Source of the DNA: a bacterium | GTDB taxonomy: Bacteria; Patescibacteriota; Minisyncoccia; Phycocordibacterales; UBA9973 | Reading direction: 5' to 3' | DNA: 64,000 nt | NCBI GenBank assembly: GCA_037130335.1 | Contig: JBAXTD010000001.1 | Coordinates: 103,419-167,418 of the forward strand | Shown: positions 29,942-39,823 of the stretch, one piece after another | How positions within the stretch are numbered: position 1 is the first letter of the stretch | How the letters are laid out: every line of letters begins with the position of its first letter | Made by a program: the position numbers and the translations under genes | The notes under the pieces: generated by a model | Databases searched by the model: none | Told to the model about the DNA's origin: nothing | Seen by the model: only the letters and a program-made list of their open reading frames with translations

Positions 29942-31405
29942 TTGTGTATGATTTCTCAAAAAAATACTATTGAAAATTTAGAAGATTCTTTTGTTGTCGA
30001 AGGCGCAGAAATTGAATCTGTGCCGACTGTTGAAATAAAAACCGGAGGACAGCTCTTTGTAAATGGAGTACCTTTTAGTGAATACGGTCGTGTGAGTTAT
30101 GGCCACAAGCAACGAGATGGCGTGTTTGGTTTTCATGATGACTTTGATAACAAAAATTTTATTGATCCACGAAATCCCGCAAAGGTTTTCCCGTCAATCC
30201 GTGTAGATGCTAATCGAAATGTCTTTGTAAAAGATTTTCACTGGGATTCTTTGCTCGGCAAAAAGTTTATTGGAAATGGCTATTTGGCATTTGTTGATCC
30301 GATTACTGAAAGCATTGTGTTTAAAACATTTACGACAAACAACGAAAAAGACCAAAGTGAAGTTGTGGTCAATAATGTTTCTTGGAAAAACAAATTCGCA
30401 AATATCATTTCAGTTGAGAGTTACAAAAATGTTGTTCTCGCGCTTGCTGAAAAGGAGCTCGCAAAAGTTGGTTTGTTTGTAAACGACAAGGAATGGAGTT
30501 GGCCTGCATACCAAGATCTTGAAATTCGAAAAGCAGAACGATTTCGCGATGCTACGACAAACGGATCGGGAACAGTTGTAGCCATTGTTACGTCGCAGCG
30601 TTCAGGCAAAGTTGCCGAGCATGTGTTTGTGGGGGATTATCATTCTGCAAAAAAGGAATGGAGAACATCGTTTGATTTAGTTCGAGAAGAAAATCCACAT
30701 CATGTTGCGGTTGATAAAAACTCTGACACAGTTGCTGTGGTGGGTACGATTGATGGATTTCCTACGCTCGTAGTAGATGACATTGTCTGCAAACTCAGTT
30801 CGCACCCGCATCGAGTTGAAAAACTTGCTGTCGAGAATGGTGTGGTATCGATACAATATATTGATGCAGTTGGAAAGCGTTTTGCAGAAAAAGTTTCTCT
30901 TGTTGAAAATGCGTATCAAATTCAAATGCATAAACAAGAGGCAGAACGCAATGAGGAGGCACTTCATTTACTTCGTCGATTATTGCACGAGGTCAATATT
31001 AAACCACATCAAGTTGTTGATATTTTGATTAAACACGACGATCTAAAAAATCAATTTGAAATTGTAAAACAAAAAGCCGAAGAAGTATGGCCAATAAAAA
31101 ATACAAATAACGTATTGATTTCTGAAAAAGAATTTCTTGCGCGAAATCTCGAAAATGAGAGATCAAAGAATGCTGCACTTGAGCGCAAGATTTCTGACAT
31201 GAATGAAATGATTGAAAAAGTAAAATCAGTGCTTGATGAAAACAAGCCAACAAAAGGTGTACTCAGCGATAAGTCAAAAATTAAAAAAGATGTATATGAT
31301 GTTTTGTGTACAACTGTTGGATATAAACAAAAAGAACAAATGACTCAAAACAAAGAATCAAAGAAACAAAAACCCTCAAACGATATCGCATTACTTAGTT
31401 TTTAG
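29942..31405 (+). CDS. Hypothetical protein with a C-terminal coiled coil.
   Basis: 487 aa, no recognised domain. Confidence 0.5.
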   Translation: MCMISQKNTIENLEDSFVVEGAEIESVPTVEIKTGGQLFVNGVPFSEYGRVSYGHKQRDGVFGFHDDFDNKNFIDPRNPAKVFPSIRVDANRNVFVKDFHWDSLLGKKFIGNGYLAFVDPITESIVFKTFTTNNEKDQSEVVVNNVSWKNKFANIISVESYKNVVLALAEKELAKVGLFVNDKEWSWPAYQDLEIRKAERFRDATTNGSGTVVAIVTSQRSGKVAEHVFVGDYHSAKKEWRTSFDLVREENPHHVAVDKNSDTVAVVGTIDGFPTLVVDDIVCKLSSHPHRVEKLAVENGVVSIQYIDAVGKRFAEKVSLVENAYQIQMHKQEAERNEEALHLLRRLLHEVNIKPHQVVDILIKHDDLKNQFEIVKQKAEEVWPIKNTNNVLISEKEFLARNLENERSKNAALERKISDMNEMIEKVKSVLDENKPTKGVLSDKSKIKKDVYDVLCTTVGYKQKEQMTQNKESKKQKPSNDIALLSF

Positions 31406-31423
31406 AGTTGTAACAAAAACCCT

Positions 31424-31446
31424 TCAATTTGAAGGGTTTTTGTTTG
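31424..31446 (+). terminator. Rho-independent terminator.
   Basis: aaaaacccttcaatttgaagggttttt. Confidence 0.7.
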
Positions 31447-31493
31447 GCCTGAAGGGGTTTTGATGCTTATATTTCTGGGGATTACTGTATCGC

Positions 31494-31522
31494 TTGACAT
31501 TGGCTTCGCGTTCATATACTAT
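31494..31522 (+). promoter_or_regulatory. Candidate rRNA promoter, TTGACA-17-TACTAT.
   Basis: Consensus -35 and a good -10 lie about 175 bp upstream of the mature 16S 5' end. Confidence 0.5.
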
Positions 31523-31692
31523 GGTCTCCGGTAGCTCGTATGAGCGCCATTTTATATCAAAGAGCCGACACAGGGAGCGATACCGATATAAAATTTCCAA
31601 ACATTGAAAAATTAATAGAGTATATAGAGTACTACGTTTTATTTTGTTCCGTTTATATTCCAGTTTTATGAAATTTTAATTTTGTAAATTTT

Positions 31693-33314
<1,622 letters not shown>

Positions 33315-33570
33315 ATTGAATTCTGTTTCATTTTCCTATTTATAGGGCTTTGAAATTTAGTGCGTCGATTTTTTGTGCCTCAATTGAGCACAAAAAGGTT
33401 TAGTAGGCACCTACAACTATTTGGCAGTTTGGAAAGACAAACAGGTAAGAATATTAAACGGAACAAAATATAGCGCATCACTCACATATACAAAAACAAA
33501 AAATAACATCCAAAACATTGGGTGATTTTTTGTATTTCATATAGCAAAAATATGTAGTGCGTGTTACAGT

Positions 33571-34266
33571 ATGCACGTGAATTATTTTCCTATTTTTAAA
33601 GGGTTTGATTGGGCAGTTGAGAAACTGTATACCAACGTGCGAGTATTCCTCGTACTTTTTTTTATTGGTCTTGCTGAATATGCAATTTATATGGGTACGT
33701 ATTACGGATATATTTCTGGATTTCAAATGCTTGCGGTAAGTAGTATTATCGTGCTTGGACTTCATGTAATCATTACAAATGCTGCCGTTAAACTATATAA
33801 AAACGAACATTCAAAAATTAGCTCGTTTTTTTCTGTATCATTTTCTATGATTTTTACAATAATAATTTCATACCTTATTATTGATTCTCCAAATTTATTG
33901 CGAAATATTTTTGGAAATATTTTTGTGGCGTACAGTGATGAAGTGGTTGTGATTACTGCAATATTTATATGTTTACTCGTGGTGTATAACTATATGTTTC
34001 CAGTGATTTTGGATCAAAATAAAGGTGTGATGCAATCATTTAAAGAATCCGCACGTATTTCAAATGGTGTACGATGGAAATTATTTGGATGGTTTGTTTT
34101 GGTCTTTTTTGGAATGCTTGTTGCAATTGCATTATGGAATTTTTTGTTTGCAAAAACTGGTATAGGATATGTAATTGAATTTACTGCACTTCCACTTTTT
34201 GTTGTTATGGTTCACATGATAAATGTGTATGTATATTTTGAACGCAAGAAATTATTACAGAAATAA
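33571..34266 (+). CDS. Polytopic membrane protein, unknown.
   Basis: 231 aa with 6 hydrophobic helices. Confidence 0.45.
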   Translation: MHVNYFPIFKGFDWAVEKLYTNVRVFLVLFFIGLAEYAIYMGTYYGYISGFQMLAVSSIIVLGLHVIITNAAVKLYKNEHSKISSFFSVSFSMIFTIIISYLIIDSPNLLRNIFGNIFVAYSDEVVVITAIFICLLVVYNYMFPVILDQNKGVMQSFKESARISNGVRWKLFGWFVLVFFGMLVAIALWNFLFAKTGIGYVIEFTALPLFVVMVHMINVYVYFERKKLLQK

Positions 34267-34271
34267 TATAT

Positions 34272-34748
34272 ATGAAAATTCCACGCTATGTTTCAATTAC
34301 GGTTTCCTTTGCAATTGTTATTGCAGTTCTTTCGTTGCCATTTATTTTTAATACAAAAAAACTTAGTACAGCAATCACAATAGCTCCAATTTCGTTCACA
34401 CATTCATTGTTGATTGGGCGACAGGAAATCACTGTCGCGTTTGCTATGACACCTTTTGAGCAGCAACAGGGTCTCTCTGGCACAAAGAATCTTTCTGTTG
34501 ATCATGGAATGTTATTTATTTTTGAGAAGCCAATAATTCCATCTTTCTGGATGAAAGATATGAATTACCCACTTGATATTATTTGGATTGATTCAAATAA
34601 AAAAATTATTGGAGTAAGCGAAAATTTGGACCCAAAAACATATCCACAAACATTTGCACCAGCATCAAATATTTTGTATGTACTTGAGGTTCCGGCAGGA
34701 TTTTACAGGACGAATTATTTAAAGATGGGGGATACAATTTCTTTTTAA
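34272..34748 (+). CDS. DUF192 (COG1430) domain protein with an N-terminal anchor.
   Basis: MLFIF...FWMKDMNYPLDIIWID...LEVPAG pattern typical of DUF192. Confidence 0.55.
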   Translation: MKIPRYVSITVSFAIVIAVLSLPFIFNTKKLSTAITIAPISFTHSLLIGRQEITVAFAMTPFEQQQGLSGTKNLSVDHGMLFIFEKPIIPSFWMKDMNYPLDIIWIDSNKKIIGVSENLDPKTYPQTFAPASNILYVLEVPAGFYRTNYLKMGDTISF

Positions 34749-34792
34749 CACGCACAAAAAAATCCGCTTAAAAGCGGATTTTTTTGTGCGTG
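34749..34792. terminator. Bidirectional terminator.
   Basis: cacgcacaaaaaaatccgcttaaaagcggatttttttgtgcgtg, a nested perfect palindrome. Confidence 0.75.
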
Positions 34793-34797
34793 TATGT

Positions 34798-36732
34798 TTA
34801 ATGATGCGCATCCATTCCGCTCGGTTTTTTGGCCTTAGAAATTCTGCGGATTGTAAGTATGACTGCAAGGATTATAAGGATTGTCACCAGCCATCCAATG
34901 ACTGTAGTTGGGAAAAATCCAGAACCGAGTGCAAATCCACCGAGTGAACTTACACCACCTGATGCATGATTGAGTACGTATCCCACGGAACTATCTTTTA
35001 CGCCGTTTGGATATGTGAATGAAAGTGAGCCATTGGTTACAAGTGTGTTTGTGAGCGATACACCACTTCCAACTTTAGCTTGCATAAATATTGAACCAGC
35101 ATATCCTGGAGCGAGTGTTTTGAGATCAGCGGTTACTAGTGTGGGTGATGTTATTTGTCCTGTGGTTATTTGAGTAACAGTAAAACCTTGAGGTAATGAG
35201 ATGTTCAAGACTACATTTTTTAATGCCTTTGTTGTGTTGTTTTTGTAATCAATTTTATATTCAACTGTTTCGCCAATTGCCACCTTATCGTTTGTATTTG
35301 TAATGGATAAAAACACGCCAGTCGCTGGATTTGCTATTGCATTTTGGGTTGCAGATGTGTTTGTTGTGTTTGAACTTTGTGCGTATACCGTTGTATCGTT
35401 TTCACCTTTGGATACAAATGACATAATATCTCCACGTGAAATTACTCCGTTTGATTCTGTTACTGCACGATAGTAATAGGTGGTTGAAGGTGTGGTATAC
35501 ATTACTGCATTAAATCCAGAAGTTACTTGTCCTGAAAAGTTTTGTTTTGATGTATTTGAACCCATACTTGTATCAACACCATATTCAAACCATGCATTTG
35601 TCGGGTAGTATGTTCGCACAAGGATTCCATTTAATTTTGCAGAGTAAGGTCCGACATTTGTTGCAATACTTGTGATTGCGTTTGAACCACTACTGTTTTG
35701 TGAATTGTTGTATGAGTATGATCCACCGGTTACATAAATTGTAAGTGGTGGCCATGTAGTAGAATTATTTCCGTTTGCTGTGAGTATAAGGTCCGTTGTT
35801 CCATAAATTGGATTTGTTTGGATACTTCCATTCGCTGAAAGATAATATCCGTTTGAGATGCTTCCATTTGCTGAAGTGATAGAAACGCTTGAGCATCCAA
35901 CTGTAGACCATGAGAGATGTGTTGTTTGTCCGCTTGAAATATATGTTGGTGATGCAGTAAAGTTTGTTACGACACAATTATCACTACTGTTTCCGTAGTT
36001 GTAATTATAATATGAGTTATTTACTGATACGGTAACTTGTTTGGTTTGGTTGATTCCGTTAAAGTCTGTTGCGGTTAGTGTATATACAACACTTGAGACA
36101 AACGGACCAACATTCATATTTGAAACATTTGCTTGATTATTAAAAAATACTCCATTGTTTCCAGAAATTGAAACATTCGTACATCCAGATGATGTGTTCC
36201 AATCGAGCGTTACATATTGTCCTGTTGTAACTTGAACATAGTTTGAACCATTTGCGTTAAATGAATATAGTTGGCATGTTGAGCTAGTCCCCAAAGTGGT
36301 TTTGGTCATATTTATCGTAAGTGCTTTTTGAGAAATTGTTCCGTTTGCATCTTTTCCGACAAGTATAAATGATGTTGTTCTACCGATCGGTACAGTTTCA
36401 ATAGACGTTTTACCTGCAACTGATGTATCCGAAAAAGCTTGATCAGAACTTGAAAGTAAGAGAGTTGTACAGTTTGATTGTGTCCATGAAAGTGTTGCAA
36501 TGCCCCATTCGGCAACAGTGTTTCCTGGTGCATTGCTTGTCAGTGTGTCGACACTACATGCTGGTGTTGAAATGGTGGGAATTTCGTTTACTACATAATT
36601 GTTATTTTGATTAGTTGTCGTTGGACTGCCGACCGTAAGTGCTTTTGAAACTATAGGGAAATAAAAAACAACAAGCGCAAAAAAGAAAAGCGCTGATCGT
36701 AACACGTATGATGATGAGATATTTTTTTTCAT
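34798..36732 (-). CDS. Large cell-surface protein: signal peptide, Ser/Thr/Asn-rich beta repeats, C-terminal TM plus basic tail.
   Basis: 644 aa. N-terminal signal anchor. C-terminus is GWLVTILIILAVILTIRRISKAKK with no canonical LPXTG. Confidence 0.6.
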   Translation of the reverse strand: MKKNISSSYVLRSALFFFALVVFYFPIVSKALTVGSPTTTNQNNNYVVNEIPTISTPACSVDTLTSNAPGNTVAEWGIATLSWTQSNCTTLLLSSSDQAFSDTSVAGKTSIETVPIGRTTSFILVGKDANGTISQKALTINMTKTTLGTSSTCQLYSFNANGSNYVQVTTGQYVTLDWNTSSGCTNVSISGNNGVFFNNQANVSNMNVGPFVSSVVYTLTATDFNGINQTKQVTVSVNNSYYNYNYGNSSDNCVVTNFTASPTYISSGQTTHLSWSTVGCSSVSITSANGSISNGYYLSANGSIQTNPIYGTTDLILTANGNNSTTWPPLTIYVTGGSYSYNNSQNSSGSNAITSIATNVGPYSAKLNGILVRTYYPTNAWFEYGVDTSMGSNTSKQNFSGQVTSGFNAVMYTTPSTTYYYRAVTESNGVISRGDIMSFVSKGENDTTVYAQSSNTTNTSATQNAIANPATGVFLSITNTNDKVAIGETVEYKIDYKNNTTKALKNVVLNISLPQGFTVTQITTGQITSPTLVTADLKTLAPGYAGSIFMQAKVGSGVSLTNTLVTNGSLSFTYPNGVKDSSVGYVLNHASGGVSSLGGFALGSGFFPTTVIGWLVTILIILAVILTIRRISKAKKPSGMDAHH

Positions 36733-36821
36733 TTTGTATGATTAAAATTTTATAAAAGACTCTATATATTGTAACAGGGGAATGGCAGGTTTGCAAATCG
36801 TGAATTCTATTGTATAATAGA

Positions 36822-37232
36822 TTTGTTCCGATTGGATGATCGCGCAAAATTTATTTTGTGAGGAAAGTCCGAACACGCAGCTCTGGGCGGATTTTTTGAA
36901 AAAAACTTTTTTTCAAAAAATCCGCCCAGAATTAAACGTAGTGGGTAATTCCCATCGTCCGCGAGGATAGCGGTGCGAGCAGTGACGCTTTGAGGCGAAA
37001 GCCAAAAAGCACCCCGAATTTTTGGGCTTGCCCAAAAATTCGGGGTGAATTCCTCTGGAAACCTAGGAAGTGAAACGGCAAAATCCGTACGCGCGTGCAA
37101 GATCGTGTTCGGGCGGCCCCGCTTTGCGGGGCCGCCCGAAAGAATCGCTCGAGGATAGAGGTAACTCTATTCCCAGATAAATGATCATCGTCTCGCAAGA
37201 GATACAAAATTCGGCTTATAGGTCGGAACACT
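36822..37232 (+). ncRNA. rnpB: RNase P RNA (bacterial type A).
   Basis: P4 5' strand gaggaaagtccgaacac. 3' region agataaatgatcatcgtctcgcaagagatacaaaattcggcttataggtcgg matches the E. coli AGAUGAAUGACUGUCCACGACAGAACCCGGCUUAUCGGUCAG. P1 pairing is tgttccgattgg / taggtcggaaca. gtgaaacggcaaaatccgtacg is a P10-12 analogue. Confidence 0.85.
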
Positions 37233-37240
37233 GAAATATG

Positions 37241-37268
37241 AGAAAAACGCCCTAATTAGGGCGTTTTT
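37241..37268 (+). terminator. Terminator after rnpB.
   Basis: gaaaaacgccctaattagggcgtttttc. Confidence 0.7.
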
Positions 37269-37287
37269 CTATACTTCAAAACACACC

Positions 37288-37316
37288 TTGACTTTTGTCA
37301 ATAAATCTGATACAAT
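37288..37316 (+). promoter_or_regulatory. Sigma70 promoter, TTGACT-17-TACAAT.
   Basis: Near-consensus hexamers about 90 bp upstream of the ATG at 37407. Confidence 0.6.
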
Positions 37317-37406
37317 ACGCGCGAACCTTATTGATTCTAAAAAACTAAAAAATCAATATTCTAAACATTTATAACTAAATAATCAAAAACAAAAAAAACG
37401 ACAGAC

Positions 37407-38936
37407 ATGAAAAAGTTAATTACTTTTATGGCATTAATCGCCATCGCAATTTGCGCAAAAGCGCACAATGTTATTCCAGTATCTTCTGTAAAGATGCCTG
37501 GAGCATTAACAGCAGTTGTTACTGTAAAAAAGGATACCACAGTGGTTCCTATTTCAGATTCACTATGGTACAGAGTTTTAATTTATGCTGACTCTAATCT
37601 TACTGGTACGCCAATAAGTGGGCCGTGGGATTCAGGTACTGTTTACATGTTCACTAAGACAGTGCCGATACCTGACACTATATGCTGCGCTATGGTCATA
37701 GAAACAAAGCATCGGGATACAATAACCCATGCTCTGGTTTCAGATGTGTCGCATTTTGTGATAATGAGTAAACCACCTACTGGATCTGTTACGTATACGG
37801 TATCAACGGATTCTATTTATTACAACCTTAATGTAAAAGGGGGAAATAATAATGGAGTTCCGGTGCTAATTGAAGCGTTTACGGATACTACATGTATGTG
37901 GGCTTTTGGTTCAAGTACAATGTACTACGTAAGCGGTCCGAGTAATTTTAACTTTACTGGGGCTGTTAGAGCTCATTTTTATTCAGGTATGTCTTATTGC
38001 ATTCGAATTACGGTAACTAATCCAGTAACCGGAGTTAAGGTGTTAAAACAAATCGTAACTACTGCTACTCCATTTACAACATTGCCATACGTTGAGCTTT
38101 CCAGCCCAACCACGGCAACTGATACGTCAGTAAATATTTTTATCGGATTAAATTGTTTCAGCAGGAAATCCCTCGATACTTTGTATTTAAGGGACAGCAC
38201 TGAGGTCACCTGGTCTCGTGTGATTCCAATCAGCAATTTATTCGATACAACAATTACTGGGTTACAGACACAGACTGTACATGTGGGTGGATTACATCCA
38301 TCACATACGTATTTATACGATGTGAAAGTAAAAAATATCGTTGGTCCGACGTTATTAGGCACGCAACGTATCCAAACATTGGATACACCTGTGTTTACAG
38401 GTAGTACCAATACATTTGCGTTGCTGTCTGTGAACGCCACATATAACGCAATGGCCGATAGTATTATTTACAATGTTTATGTAGGCAATGTTGTTGGTGG
38501 TACATCAACAATTAATGCTGTGTTGGATAAAGCTGGAAGTGTGATTTACTCAATAATGCCTGTGACTAAATCAGGTCATGGTATTGTGCGGGTTGCTTTC
38601 CCAGTATCTGGTGATACAGGAAATTTTCAAGTGTACGCATGGAGTTATGATGACTTAGGATCTACGGACTCAACTGGAAGTTATGTTGCGTACACGTCAC
38701 ATGTTCCAGTTCACGTTCCAGGTAAAAATACAACTGGAATATTAGATGTTACTGAAAACAAAAATTTACACGGCTGTGTAAATTTCTATTCAGAAATTGG
38801 GGAAGTTGTTGGAAAATATAAATGTACGTTTGGAGAAATTAATATGATTGCTCCTAATAATAAATTTATTATTTATGAATTCATCTCCGATGACGGTCAG
38901 TTTACTAATCGCCAAAAAATCTTTGTCCAAAGATAA
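37407..38936 (+). CDS. Secreted Thr/Val-rich beta-rich protein (Ig/FN3-like repeats likely).
   Basis: Signal peptide followed by 490 aa of low-charge, Thr/Ser/Val-rich sequence. Confidence 0.5.
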   Translation: MKKLITFMALIAIAICAKAHNVIPVSSVKMPGALTAVVTVKKDTTVVPISDSLWYRVLIYADSNLTGTPISGPWDSGTVYMFTKTVPIPDTICCAMVIETKHRDTITHALVSDVSHFVIMSKPPTGSVTYTVSTDSIYYNLNVKGGNNNGVPVLIEAFTDTTCMWAFGSSTMYYVSGPSNFNFTGAVRAHFYSGMSYCIRITVTNPVTGVKVLKQIVTTATPFTTLPYVELSSPTTATDTSVNIFIGLNCFSRKSLDTLYLRDSTEVTWSRVIPISNLFDTTITGLQTQTVHVGGLHPSHTYLYDVKVKNIVGPTLLGTQRIQTLDTPVFTGSTNTFALLSVNATYNAMADSIIYNVYVGNVVGGTSTINAVLDKAGSVIYSIMPVTKSGHGIVRVAFPVSGDTGNFQVYAWSYDDLGSTDSTGSYVAYTSHVPVHVPGKNTTGILDVTENKNLHGCVNFYSEIGEVVGKYKCTFGEINMIAPNNKFIIYEFISDDGQFTNRQKIFVQR

Positions 38937-39630
38937 AAATAATAAATGGACGCATCATAATAGCTTCGACTTTCTTAAATGAAAGCCGGAGCTATTTTTT
39001 TTTATTCTATTTTTATAGTATCTAATTTACTAGACACATTTTTTATATTTGATATACTCTCTGTGTGAGTATGGTTCTCCAATGAATTATTACAAACAAT
39101 TGCCTACGCAAGGCCCGCCTCACGGCGGGTTTTGTGCTTTTGGGAGAGATGGTATATACTCTAAGTACGTTCCCACATATCGTGGTGAACGTCTCCACTC
39201 ACATAGGCAATTGTGTTGGAGTTCGGACACGCTCACCACAATGTGTGGAAGCAAAACAAAAAATCGTTCATCGAAAGATGAGCGATTTTTTGTTTCTAAT
39301 TTTTTAATAGTATTAAACATAATTTTGTGAATATAATTTTGCGTAATAAAAAAAATTTTTGAAAAATAAAAATAAATTAATTAAAAAAATAAAATAAAAT
39401 AAAAAAACTTTTTCAAAAAAATATTTTTTATTTTATTTTTAAAAAAGTTTTCCACATATTTCGTAAAAAATAATTGCGAATAATTTTTGATTGTAGGATA
39501 ATTACTGTAGTTGCGATTTGATTAGTGCGCAAAAATTTTTTGGAAAAATATTTTTTAAATTTATTTTCAAAAAAAGTTGCGCGGTCGAAATCAAACGCCA
39601 CTTAATAAAAATAATAAACTCAAAAATTTT

Positions 39631-39702
39631 ATGGCAGCAAAAAAGAAAGCAAAAAAGGCAGCACCAAAAAAGAAGGTTGCAGCAAAAAAGAAGCGAGCAT
39701 AG
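39631..39702 (+). CDS. Candidate micro-protein, 23 aa, Lys/Ala-rich (MAAKKKAKKAAPKKKVAAKKKRA).
   Basis: ATG-initiated ORF followed immediately by two hairpin terminators (39722-39755, 39766-39784). Too short for the ORF track. Confidence 0.35.
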   Translation: MAAKKKAKKAAPKKKVAAKKKRA

Positions 39703-39721
39703 TTTTATTTGTTCCGCTCAA

Positions 39722-39755
39722 GAAAACAACTCCTCACGGAGTTGTTTTCTTTTGG
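39722..39755 (+). terminator. Rho-independent terminator after the micro-ORF.
   Basis: gaaaacaactcctcacggagttgttttc followed by ttttgg. Confidence 0.6.
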
Positions 39756-39823
39756 GGCGGGTTTTCGCGAAGCGAAAACCCGCCATTCCAAAAACCTTCT
39801 TTTTGTGCTAGAATTAAGGTCTT

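Noticed and set aside
36807-37231. ORFs 36807-37100(-) and 36932-37231(-).
   Set aside because: They overlap RNase P RNA on the opposite strand, and their composition is not protein-like.
39440-39460. Possible oriC near secA, suggested by a DnaA-box-like TTTTCCACA and extreme AT richness.
   Set aside because: Only one box was found and no dnaA or dnaN is nearby. This is insufficient to support an origin.
39049-39811. ORFs 39049-39330(+), 39120-39320(-) and 39518-39811(+).
   Set aside because: They sit in the AT-rich intergenic tract and give low-complexity translations. The region is better explained as non-coding or sRNA, and only the 23-codon micro-ORF has gene-like punctuation.
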